Source of the DNA: Candidatus Hodarchaeota archaeon | GTDB taxonomy: Archaea > Asgardarchaeota > Lokiarchaeia > Sigyniarchaeales > SOKP01 | Assembly (NCBI GenBank): GCA_048887145.1 | Contig: JBHLKA010000002.1 | Span: 1 to 61,176, forward strand | Reading direction: 5' to 3' | DNA: 61,176 bases | Shown here: in pieces, positions 27,201-35,567 of the stretch | Layout: each line of letters begins with the position of its first letter | Position numbering within the stretch: the first letter of the stretch is position 1 | The notes under the pieces: generated by a model | What the model was told of the DNA's origin: nothing | Seen by the model: the letters and a program-made list of their open reading frames with translations, nothing else | Database searches by the model: none | Program-made: the position numbers and the translations under genes

Positions 27201-30200
27201 TTATATTTTTTCCTTTAATTTAAGTCTAGGAGCTAACCCTAAACTCATCATTTCTTGGAGAAGTAATTTAAAAGCATATGAGCAAACAACTTTCGAAATG
27301 ATAGTCCCTTCACCACATACAGGGCAATAACGTTTATCCCTATTTCTATCATAAACTGCTAACAAGCCACACTTTTCACATACTAAAATAACTGTTTTAT
27401 CCGATTCATCTAACAATCTTTCTTTCAATAATAAGGCTGATCCATGACCGACTAAACAATCACGTTCCATCTCTCCAAAACGAAGTCCCCCCTCACGTGC
27501 ACGTCCTTCTGTCGGTTGTCTTGTCAAAATCTGTACTGGGCCTCTTGCTCTTGCATGTAATTTATCTGCAACCAGATGATATAGCTTTTGATAATATATA
27601 GGTGCACAATAAATACCCGCCTCATACTTTTCACCGGTAATTCCGTTATACATAACTTCTCTCCCGTTAAATTCAAATCCTGCCTCAACTAACTGCTCTT
27701 GGAGTTCAGTGATATCTTTCCATTCAAATGCGGTTGCATCACCGAGTTTACCAGTAGTACAAGCTATTTTTCCACTAATTCCTTCAAATAATTGTCCTAA
27801 AGTCATTCTGGAGGGCATAGCATGAGGATTTACAATTATATCTGGTATTACCCCAGATGAGGTAAATGGCATATCCTCTTGAGGTTGAATTAATCCCAGA
27901 ACTCCTTTTTGACCATGACGGGAAGAAAATTTATCTCCTAATTCCGGAATACGTAAATCTCTAACTTTTATCTTAACTAATTTATTACCATCTACAGTTT
28001 CTGAAATTATAACGGTATCTACAATACCTTTCTCGTTGTGTCTCATATTTTTGGAAGTCTCTCGTCTATTAGGTTGCATTAATTCAAATTCTTCATATGA
28101 TTTTATAAATCTTGGTGGAGAAGTCCTCCCGATTAAAACATCTCCTCCATTAACGGCAGTTTCAGGCTCTATAATACCATCATCTTCTGATAGCAATCTA
28201 TAGGACTCAGCTGATTTAAATCCCCTTACTCCTCTTTCTGGGATCTCAAATTTATCAATTTCTCCTCCAGGATATTTTCTTTCTTCTGCATCATAAGTTC
28301 TAAAAAAGTGACTTCTAGCAAGCCCACGATTTATTGAAGCTTTATTAATAATTATTGCATCCTCAATATTGAAACCTTCATAACTCATCATTGCAATGAT
28401 GAAATTTTGTCCTGCAGGTCGTTTATTAATTCCAATAATTTCCATTGGACTTGTTTTTACTAAAGGTTGCTGTGGATAATGTAGAGTATGACCTCTCGTA
28501 TCAAGTCTTAGATGCATATTTGCTGCAAACAACCCTAATGCTTGTTTTACCATTCCAGCCTCATACGTGTTTCTAGGAGATTGATTGTGTTCAGGAAATG
28601 GAATTATTGAAGCACATATTCCTAAAATTGCTGCTGGCGAAATCTCCATATGAGTATGTTCAGCACTTACATCCTTTTCAAACATTGCTATATAGGCATT
28701 TTCCTCTTCTTCAGCATCTAAATATTCTATTACCCCTTTCTGGATTAAATCTGACCATGAAAATTTATTTTGCTTTAATTTCTCAATATCTTCTTTTGAA
28801 ATAAGCAGTTGTTTATTTTTAATTACAAATAATGGTCTAGTTGCTCTTCCAGCATCACAGTTTATTTGTATTTCTCTTGAATCATGATAATATCCAATAT
28901 TTACATGCTGACCAATTTCTCCCTTTCTCCTTTTTTCTCTAAGTTGATGGATAAAAGGATTATGTTTTTGGTGGAAGCCGACTAATTTTCCATTTAAAAA
29001 AACTTTTGTTTTCACACCTTTAACATTTTTAACTTCACTTATAGGAATTACACCTAAATCAATTAGAATATTTTCAATTATTCGTTCATCAGCTCCAACT
29101 GAAATAATAGATGCTAACCCAAGATTTTTTACTAAACCACAATTTGGTCCTTCTGGGGTTTCTGCAGGACAAATTTTTCCCCATTGCGTAGGATGTAAAT
29201 CTCTAGCTTCAAAATGAGGTTGGCTTCTACTTAATGGAGATATTACTCTTCTTAAATGACTTAATGTCCCAACATGATTTGTTCTATTTAATAACTGACT
29301 AACTCCTGCCTTACCTCCAACCCAATTCCCTGTTGCTAAAGCATGTCTTATTCTTTCTGTGATAACATCAGCTCTTACAGCAGTTTTTATATTGGGTGCT
29401 CTTCCTCTAACGGCGGTTCTTTCTAATTGATATTTAATATCTTTTACTAGATTTAAAAAAGCAACTCTAAATAAGGAAGTGAATAGTTCTCCGGCCAATT
29501 TTAATCTCTTGTTGGCATAATGATCCTTATCATCTGGTTCTCTTAATCCTAAAGCAAGTTCCATAACCTTTTGCGCCATTTGCCCCAAATAATAAGCTTT
29601 CTTTATTCTATCATCCTCTGAGTTACCAATATGGGGTAAAAGATATCTGTCTAATACTTGAAGTGCTCGGCGAATACGATAATCTTTTGTTTGACCTATT
29701 GCGACTCTTTTTCCAATATAATCAAGAGCATTTTGTTGTGATTTTTCAGCATCCTTTAATACTTGTATTTCAGATGCTACATCTATTACAGGGATTAATT
29801 CTTTTTGAATCTCTTCATTTTCAGAAATGGCTTCAAATATTTCTCTATCAGAATGCAATCCCAATGAACGCATGAGAATTGCTAAAGGGATTTTACCTGG
29901 AACAGAAGGAAACGATACTCTTAAATTACCATCTTTTTTCCTTTCTATTGTTACCGGAGCTCGGAAACCACTTCTAGTTGAAAATACCTTTGCTTGATGA
30001 GTTGCGCTTGAACTCCTACTAGCTTCCTCTGCAAGAATTCTATTTGGAGCTAAATCTTCTTGTGTAACAAGAACGCGCTCAGTTCCATTTATTATGAAGT
30101 AGCCTCCTGGATCTAAAGGATCTTCACCTCGATTTATTAATTCCTGCTCGGATAAATTTTCTAAAGGGCATCGACTGCTTTTTAACATAATAGGGATTTT

Positions 30201-30572
30201 CCCTATATAAATTTCTAATGTCTCTTCAGCCTCCTCCCTTTGAGTACGCTCATCAATAGTAATTGGTGTCATTTCTAATGTAATGTCAGCAGCATAACTC
30301 AATTCTCTGATTCTAGCTTCGATTGGAGTTATTTCCATTGTTGCCCCATCAGCCTCCCGCACCTTCGGTACACCTACTTTAATTTTACCGAATTTAATCT
30401 TGAATCCTGGGATATCAGGTATTACTTCTCCCGACTCATCAACGATTTCTTGCATCTCAAGTTCAATAAAATTATTATATGAATCGAGGTGCTGACGAAC
30501 TAAACCTTTTTCATCAAATAGGCTCTTTAAAACAACCCATTTATCGTTATTAGATAAATTTTCAGAACTCAA
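27201..30572 (-). CDS. rpoB: DNA-directed RNA polymerase subunit B (unsplit Rpo2)
   Basis: 1123 aa. Contains GYFIINGTERV, PFPEHNQSPRNTY, SRHGQKGV and GEMERDCL motifs, plus the C-terminal Zn site CEKCG..CPVCG. Confidence 0.97.
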   Translation of the reverse strand: MSSENLSNNDKWVVLKSLFDEKGLVRQHLDSYNNFIELEMQEIVDESGEVIPDIPGFKIKFGKIKVGVPKVREADGATMEITPIEARIRELSYAADITLEMTPITIDERTQREEAEETLEIYIGKIPIMLKSSRCPLENLSEQELINRGEDPLDPGGYFIINGTERVLVTQEDLAPNRILAEEASRSSSATHQAKVFSTRSGFRAPVTIERKKDGNLRVSFPSVPGKIPLAILMRSLGLHSDREIFEAISENEEIQKELIPVIDVASEIQVLKDAEKSQQNALDYIGKRVAIGQTKDYRIRRALQVLDRYLLPHIGNSEDDRIKKAYYLGQMAQKVMELALGLREPDDKDHYANKRLKLAGELFTSLFRVAFLNLVKDIKYQLERTAVRGRAPNIKTAVRADVITERIRHALATGNWVGGKAGVSQLLNRTNHVGTLSHLRRVISPLSRSQPHFEARDLHPTQWGKICPAETPEGPNCGLVKNLGLASIISVGADERIIENILIDLGVIPISEVKNVKGVKTKVFLNGKLVGFHQKHNPFIHQLREKRRKGEIGQHVNIGYYHDSREIQINCDAGRATRPLFVIKNKQLLISKEDIEKLKQNKFSWSDLIQKGVIEYLDAEEEENAYIAMFEKDVSAEHTHMEISPAAILGICASIIPFPEHNQSPRNTYEAGMVKQALGLFAANMHLRLDTRGHTLHYPQQPLVKTSPMEIIGINKRPAGQNFIIAMMSYEGFNIEDAIIINKASINRGLARSHFFRTYDAEERKYPGGEIDKFEIPERGVRGFKSAESYRLLSEDDGIIEPETAVNGGDVLIGRTSPPRFIKSYEEFELMQPNRRETSKNMRHNEKGIVDTVIISETVDGNKLVKIKVRDLRIPELGDKFSSRHGQKGVLGLIQPQEDMPFTSSGVIPDIIVNPHAMPSRMTLGQLFEGISGKIACTTGKLGDATAFEWKDITELQEQLVEAGFEFNGREVMYNGITGEKYEAGIYCAPIYYQKLYHLVADKLHARARGPVQILTRQPTEGRAREGGLRFGEMERDCLVGHGSALLLKERLLDESDKTVILVCEKCGLLAVYDRNRDKRYCPVCGEGTIISKVVCSYAFKLLLQEMMSLGLAPRLKLKEKI

Positions 30573-30612
30573 TTTTATTTAAACCTATAAAATGTCTTTA
30601 TTAAGAAGGTAA

Positions 30613-30870
30613 TTAGACTTTTTCTTTTGTAACATACCTGTAATAATTTACGAATTTTACAGTTGTATGAGAATCTCTTATAATTTTGACGATATCTCCT
30701 TCTTTTGCTCCAACAGCAATGGCGACTGGATCCTTTTCAGACATTTGAGGTAAATCAATTAAGCTGATCTGATACTTTTCTAATAATTTTTGTGACTCCT
30801 CTTTAGTTAAAAGGTGGTGCTTAGGTACCAACTCATGAAGTAAGACATCTATTTTACGTTTTTTTGTCAA
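30613..30870 (-). CDS. rpoH: DNA-directed RNA polymerase subunit H (Rpo5)
   Basis: 85 aa. HELVPKHHLLTKEESQKLLEKYQISLIDLPQMSEKDPVA...GDIVKIIR is the RpoH signature. The gene lies immediately upstream of rpoB. Confidence 0.88.
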   Translation of the reverse strand: MTKKRKIDVLLHELVPKHHLLTKEESQKLLEKYQISLIDLPQMSEKDPVAIAVGAKEGDIVKIIRDSHTTVKFVNYYRYVTKEKV

Positions 30871-30958
30871 GAAAAAATCCTCTTATCTAATAAATTATTA
30901 TTAATAAAGTGTAAGATTTCTAAAAAATTTTACTATTTACATCTCTATCATTTTAAGA

Positions 30959-31609
30959 TTAATTTTTTTGGGTTATTTTTTGTTTATACTTGAAAATCCA
31001 ATATCCGCTTTTTTTGCATATAATTTCGATATTTTCCTCTGAGAATTTATTTTTTAAATAGTTTGAAATAAATTCTGCTCCCATTTTTCTTTTAATTACG
31101 AATTGAAATAGTCCATTTGGCTTTAAATATAAAACAATTTCATCAAAAAGATCTAAAAATTCTTTTCTTCCTTTTCTTAAAGGGGGATTCATAAAAATTC
31201 CATCAAAAACTATGTTTTTATTCTTTATTGGCTCAAAATAATTACCAATCAAAGCAAAAACCCGATTTTTACTTTCTGGTAAATTTATTTTAATATTTTC
31301 TTTTGCACACCAAATTGCTCTTTTATTTATATCAATTAAATAGACTGTACTCTTTGGAGATTCGTAGGCTAATACTATTCCAATGACGCCATACCCACAA
31401 CCCAGATCTATAATAGTACTTGATTTTGTAGGTATTAACATATTTTCTACTAAAATTTTTGTACCTAAATCCAATTTTTTATAAGCAAATACTCCCGTAA
31501 CTGTTTTAAAGATGAATAAATGACGCCTTAAACTTACTGAGAGAGATTGAAATTTAACTCTAGCATCGGGGAATGCGCTATAATAATGCTTTTTATTATT
31601 CTTGTACAT
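30959..31609 (-). CDS. Class I SAM-dependent methyltransferase (RsmC/small-MTase-domain type)
   Basis: 216 aa. Contains IIDLGCGYGVIG (motif I) and IFMNPPLRKG (NPPxxxG). Confidence 0.75.
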   Translation of the reverse strand: MYKNNKKHYYSAFPDARVKFQSLSVSLRRHLFIFKTVTGVFAYKKLDLGTKILVENMLIPTKSSTIIDLGCGYGVIGIVLAYESPKSTVYLIDINKRAIWCAKENIKINLPESKNRVFALIGNYFEPIKNKNIVFDGIFMNPPLRKGRKEFLDLFDEIVLYLKPNGLFQFVIKRKMGAEFISNYLKNKFSEENIEIICKKSGYWIFKYKQKITQKN

Positions 31610-31623
31610 AATTTAATAAAATC

Positions 31624-32637
31624 TCATTTTTTAGTTTTTGATTCACTCCAGTGAGGATAAATACCACGTTCCATAAACACTTTATTTATTTTTACCATTA
31701 TTCCTGATTTTGATTTGTAAATCTTCATAGCGTTCATTTTAGCAATACCAAAACCAATTAATTCCTTCTTGAGAGTCATTAAAGCTACTAATGCGCCTAA
31801 AATTATTTTAGCATCAATATAGCATACTCCTGCGGCAGCAAGATCGGCACCATGACATATTGCATCAACAGCTGTGTCTCTAACATATATCTTAGGAAGG
31901 TGAGATACCATTCTTTCCATTGGAGAAATAATACCCCTTAAATAATACTCATCTCCCTCTTTTTTATATAAAGTAAAAGCATCCTTTATGTTTTGTAAGG
32001 TAACAAGACTATTATCCTCATTAAAATTACCCACTCTTGTTCTTCTTAATTCAAGCATATGAGCTCCTGAACATAAGGCTTCACCTATGTCAAAACATAA
32101 TTTACGTATATAAGTCCCCGCTTCACAGCCAACTCTGAATAGAACATGATTTTTATTAACTTCAAGAACTTTATTGTAATATATCTCTCTTATTCTTAAT
32201 TTTCTTATAACTGAAGATTTTAAAGGAGGAGTTTGATAAATCTTTCCCGTAAAAATTTTAAATATTTTTTCAATTTTTTTCTTTGGTTCTGGATTATGCA
32301 AATACATGACTCCTATGTATTCTTTACCTGCATCGAGTAATGCTGATAAAACTCGCGTTGCTTTTCCAAGAGCACAGGGTAATACTCCTGTAACTTTAGG
32401 ATCTAAAGTCCCACCATGTCCAGCGTTAGGTACGTCCAAAATTTTACGTACCCAAGAAACTATCTCATGACTTGTTGGTCCTTTAGGTTTATCTAAATTT
32501 ATTACCCCATATTGAAGTAAATCTTCAATTTTCCGTTTTTCTGGGTCACAACCGTAATTATAATTAGTAGTATCTTGAGATTTTATTAATAACTGCTCAG
32601 GTTCATCAGATGGTAACTTTAATTCAGAATATTTCAT
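31624..32637 (-). CDS. cbf5: H/ACA RNP pseudouridine synthase Cbf5 (TruB family plus PUA)
   Basis: 337 aa. Contains GVINLDKPKGPTSHEIVSWVRKIL and HGGTLDPKVTGVLP (catalytic Asp), plus a C-terminal PUA domain. Confidence 0.92.
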   Translation of the reverse strand: MKYSELKLPSDEPEQLLIKSQDTTNYNYGCDPEKRKIEDLLQYGVINLDKPKGPTSHEIVSWVRKILDVPNAGHGGTLDPKVTGVLPCALGKATRVLSALLDAGKEYIGVMYLHNPEPKKKIEKIFKIFTGKIYQTPPLKSSVIRKLRIREIYYNKVLEVNKNHVLFRVGCEAGTYIRKLCFDIGEALCSGAHMLELRRTRVGNFNEDNSLVTLQNIKDAFTLYKKEGDEYYLRGIISPMERMVSHLPKIYVRDTAVDAICHGADLAAAGVCYIDAKIILGALVALMTLKKELIGFGIAKMNAMKIYKSKSGIMVKINKVFMERGIYPHWSESKTKK

Positions 32638-32790
32638 CTTAAAGTTGTTGAAGAGAATTTTATATAAGTAAATTAGGGTAGATTTAAATTTTATTTTTAT
32701 TAATTTAATTTCTGTTATAAATGATAAAATGTGAAAAGAGGCTCTCTAAACATTATAAATATTTGATAAAAAAAAAATCATTAGATAGAA

Positions 32791-32864
32791 CGGGCTATGG
32801 GGGATTCGAACCCCCGACCTTCAGGTTAAAAGCCTGCTGCGCTACCTGTCTGCGCTAATAGCCC
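32791..32864 (-). tRNA. tRNA-Lys(UUU)
   Basis: 74-nt cloverleaf on the minus strand. The acceptor is GGGCTAT/ATAGCCC, the anticodon arm is GCAGG-CTTTTAA-CCTGA (27:43 is G.A), the T arm is GGGGG-TTCGAAT-CCCCC, and the discriminator is G. Confidence 0.9.
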
Positions 32865-32985
32865 TAACAATAATCATACTAACGATTAGTTATTAAATTT
32901 TAAGTAAAATTGCAATATAACAAATCTATAATGATATAAAATTTTTTCTGTATTTTTTTGGATATTATTTATAATTAAATTTAAT

Positions 32986-34002
32986 CTACTTAAAATGCTT
33001 AAATCCTTGACTCTTTATTTCCAATTTGGTGTTATTCTTTTTAAAATATACTTTTTCTTCTGAAATTACTTTTCCTATTTTAAACAACTGTCCACCTCTT
33101 TCTTTAGCCTTAATTTGAGCAGTTTCAACGTTGTTTGAGCTAATTGTAAATATTTGAATAAATTCTTCGCCACCTTCAAATATAAGTTTTTCTAAAGGAA
33201 AGTTATATTCTAGTGAGTATAAGAGAGCTTCCTTATGAAATAAATTATCATCAAAGTCAATTTCAAAACCAATGTGAGGATTAGCTATCATAAGATCTTT
33301 TAAGGATTTTACTAAACCATCTGATGAGTCGATACTTGAAGTTGCTAACCTGTTATTAGCTAAAATGTAGGCTTCCTCACCAGGATCTTCTGGTTCCAAT
33401 ACACTTAGAATTGATCTTTTATATTTTGGATATTTTTTTAGATTACCTTTCTTTCTTACGAGAATATCAAAACCCACACCATTTAAACCAAATTTATTAT
33501 TTACAACCAAATTATCCCCTATATGTATTCCACTTCTAAATATTATCATTGAAGGGTCTTTAAAACCAAATACAGTAGGGTTGATAATTAATTCTTTGGT
33601 TTCATTGATGTCGCCTCCTATATAATCAAGATTCCACTTCTTACAATAATCGATTATACCATTCATTAACTCTTCAAATAAATTTGTACTCAAATTGTTT
33701 GGTATGCCTAATGAAATGATGATTCCCCTTGGCCTTACGCCTTTAACCATTAGATCACTAATATTCATAAGAACAGATTTTCGCCCAATCTGACGAAAAG
33801 TCATTTGTTTTGGTGCATCGGTTGTGGATACAAACATATCTGAATTAAGAATTAAATTATTTTGAAAATCCCGCTTGTTAAGCGAAAAAAAGAAACTATC
33901 ATCTTGAATTAATTCCTTACCAGTTTTCTTAAAAATTAAGTTATCAATAATTTTGATAATTTTTAATTCTCCAAGATCTCTTATATATTTTTTATGACTC
34001 AT
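32986..34002 (-). CDS. thiL: Thiamine-monophosphate kinase (AIR-synthase-related fold)
   Basis: 338 aa. IGRKSVLMNISDLMVKGVRPRGIIISLGIP and GGDINET are typical ThiL/PurM-like motifs. Confidence 0.7.
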   Translation of the reverse strand: MSHKKYIRDLGELKIIKIIDNLIFKKTGKELIQDDSFFFSLNKRDFQNNLILNSDMFVSTTDAPKQMTFRQIGRKSVLMNISDLMVKGVRPRGIIISLGIPNNLSTNLFEELMNGIIDYCKKWNLDYIGGDINETKELIINPTVFGFKDPSMIIFRSGIHIGDNLVVNNKFGLNGVGFDILVRKKGNLKKYPKYKRSILSVLEPEDPGEEAYILANNRLATSSIDSSDGLVKSLKDLMIANPHIGFEIDFDDNLFHKEALLYSLEYNFPLEKLIFEGGEEFIQIFTISSNNVETAQIKAKERGGQLFKIGKVISEEKVYFKKNNTKLEIKSQGFKHFK

Positions 34003-34053
34003 TAGAAAAATTTTATAATTTTTAAAATTTATATTTAATTAGATTAATATCTT

Positions 34054-34184
34054 GCCTCTGTGGCTTAGCGGTATAGCGATTATCTTGTTATTATTGATAA
34101 GATTGCTAAAGATTCGTAATCTGTAGGTCGGGGGTTCAAATCCAGAGAAAATCCTTCTCTAAAGAATAATTCCCCCCAGAGGCT
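34054..34184 (+). tRNA. tRNA-Thr(CGU) interrupted by two non-canonical introns (anticodon-stem ~28/29 and T-arm)
   Basis: 131-nt locus. The acceptor is GCCTCTG (34054-34060) paired with CAGAGGC (34177-34183), and the discriminator is U. The D arm is GCTT-AGCGGTA-TAGC. A contiguous block reads AGA-TTCGTAA-TCTGT-AGGTC-GGGGG-TTCAAAT-CC. Removing 29 nt (34081-34109) gives the anticodon stem ATAGA/TCTGT. Removing 30 nt (about 34144-34173) restores the T stem GGGGG/CCCCC. Confidence 0.7.
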
Positions 34185-34188
34185 ATAT

Positions 34189-35202
34189 CTATATATCTTC
34201 AGCGGTTAAATATTTCTTTATCATTTGTAATGCTAGCATTTTAAAAGCATCATCTATATTTTCTCCTGTTTTTGCTGATGTCTCAACATATGATAATTTA
34301 AGTTTTTGGGAAAGGGTTTCGCCTTCTTTAGTTGAAACTAATCTATCATCTTTTAAATCAATTTTATTTCCTACTAATATCAGTGAAATTCTTGGTGAAA
34401 CTTTATTTATCTCATTAAACCAATTTTCAATATTTACAAAAGAAGTTTTATTAGTTACATCAAAAACAAGAATTCCTGCTTCTGCATTGGCTAAGTAAGA
34501 TTGTCTAACTCGCTTAAATTGTGCTTGACCTGCTAGATCCCAAATCACAAAACGTACAGCACTCTGTAACCCTTCAAATCTACATTCTTTTTTCATGATT
34601 GAAGTTCCAATTGTTGATTTGTAATCTTGTGCAAATGTGTTTTCTACGAACCTATGTACCATACTGGTTTTACCCACATTACCATCTCCACCTAATATTA
34701 ATTTAAATGCATACTCTCCAGATTGTATTTTAACTTTTTGGAGTTTATCCACTTTTCTTTGAATATTCTTAGTATCTTTTTTGGTTATTAGTTTTGGGAT
34801 AACTGGACTAACCGATCTTCCGTCAAATATTCTGGCGATTTTTTCAGCGGCTAAATATGCATAAGGAAATATAGGATCAACTCCAGCAATCGCATCTAAT
34901 ATAGTTACAAATACTGCTTCTGGTCCAGCTTCACAAAAAATTAATCTATATTCTTCAGTATCAAAAGTACCTGTTCCAAAAGAACCAGAACTAAACTCTT
35001 CAGTAATTCTTGTTAATACAGGTTCAACTAACGCACTAACGCCTCCCACAATTTCCTCATCTAAAGTTTTTTCAGATGATTTAGCTAAAGCATCAATCAC
35101 TAACCCTTCTCTATTTACAACAAGTACAGCAACTAAATAATCTCCAACATTTTGCGAATACCATTCTAGTAGTGCCTTCAATTTCTTTGTATCAATTGAC
35201 AA
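34189..35202 (-). CDS. Roadblock/LC7 (MglB-like) domain fused to a Rab-like small GTPase
   Basis: 337 aa. The N-terminal ~130 aa, YLVAVLVVNREGLVIDAL...GGVSALVEPV...YRLIFCEAGPEAVFVTILD, is Roadblock-like. In the C-terminal part G1 is GDGNVGKTS, switch I is YKSTIGTSI, G3 is WDLAGQ, G4 is GNKIDL and G5 is ETSAKTG. Confidence 0.85.
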   Translation of the reverse strand: MSIDTKKLKALLEWYSQNVGDYLVAVLVVNREGLVIDALAKSSEKTLDEEIVGGVSALVEPVLTRITEEFSSGSFGTGTFDTEEYRLIFCEAGPEAVFVTILDAIAGVDPIFPYAYLAAEKIARIFDGRSVSPVIPKLITKKDTKNIQRKVDKLQKVKIQSGEYAFKLILGGDGNVGKTSMVHRFVENTFAQDYKSTIGTSIMKKECRFEGLQSAVRFVIWDLAGQAQFKRVRQSYLANAEAGILVFDVTNKTSFVNIENWFNEINKVSPRISLILVGNKIDLKDDRLVSTKEGETLSQKLKLSYVETSAKTGENIDDAFKMLALQMIKKYLTAEDI

Positions 35203-35411
35203 TATCTACAACTCTTCAAGCAATTAGAGAATGTTGAAATAAGAACCTTATAAATTATATAACTAGTTAAATATATTCTAATAAAAATTTTTTTAAAGAA
35301 AGAGAGAATGATAAAATAAATTTTTAAAATTTATAGTATTTAATTTCATTAACTTTTAATGGAAAATAATCTTAATTCATCGTATTGGCGTGTTTTTTAA
35401 ATTTAATTCCA

Positions 35412-35496
35412 GCAGGAGTAGCCAAGCCTGGTCAACGGTGCTAGACCGAGGCTCTAGTCTCATAGGAGTTCGAGGGTTCAAATCCCTCCTCCTGCA
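35412..35496 (+). tRNA. tRNA-Leu(GAG), class II with a long variable arm
   Basis: 85 nt. The acceptor is GCAGGAG/CTCCTGC, and the D arm is GCC-AAGCCTGGTCAAC-GGT. The anticodon arm is CTAGA-CCGAGGC-TCTAG. The variable arm is 14 nt, the T arm is GAGGG-TTCAAAT-CCCTC, and the discriminator is A. Position 33 reads C rather than U. Confidence 0.85.
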
Positions 35497-35567
35497 TTAT
35501 ATTATGTGATCGTTGTTTATAAAGATTTTATGATTCTTTAAGGAATACAAATTGAAAAATTGAAGAA

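Noticed and set aside
28598-29875. Plus-strand ORFs 28598..28804 and 29663..29875
   Set aside because: Both are entirely antisense to the unambiguous rpoB gene. They are low-complexity L/F/Q-rich translations typical of shadow ORFs.
34079-34129. Canonical 37/38 anticodon-loop intron model for the tRNA at 34054..34184 (stem ATTAT/GTAAT or GATTA/TAATC)
   Set aside because: That model leaves an 8-9 nt variable loop and no sensible 7-nt anticodon loop. The alternative, a 29-nt intron in the anticodon stem, gives a perfect 5-bp stem, a canonical TTCGTAA loop and a 5-nt variable loop.
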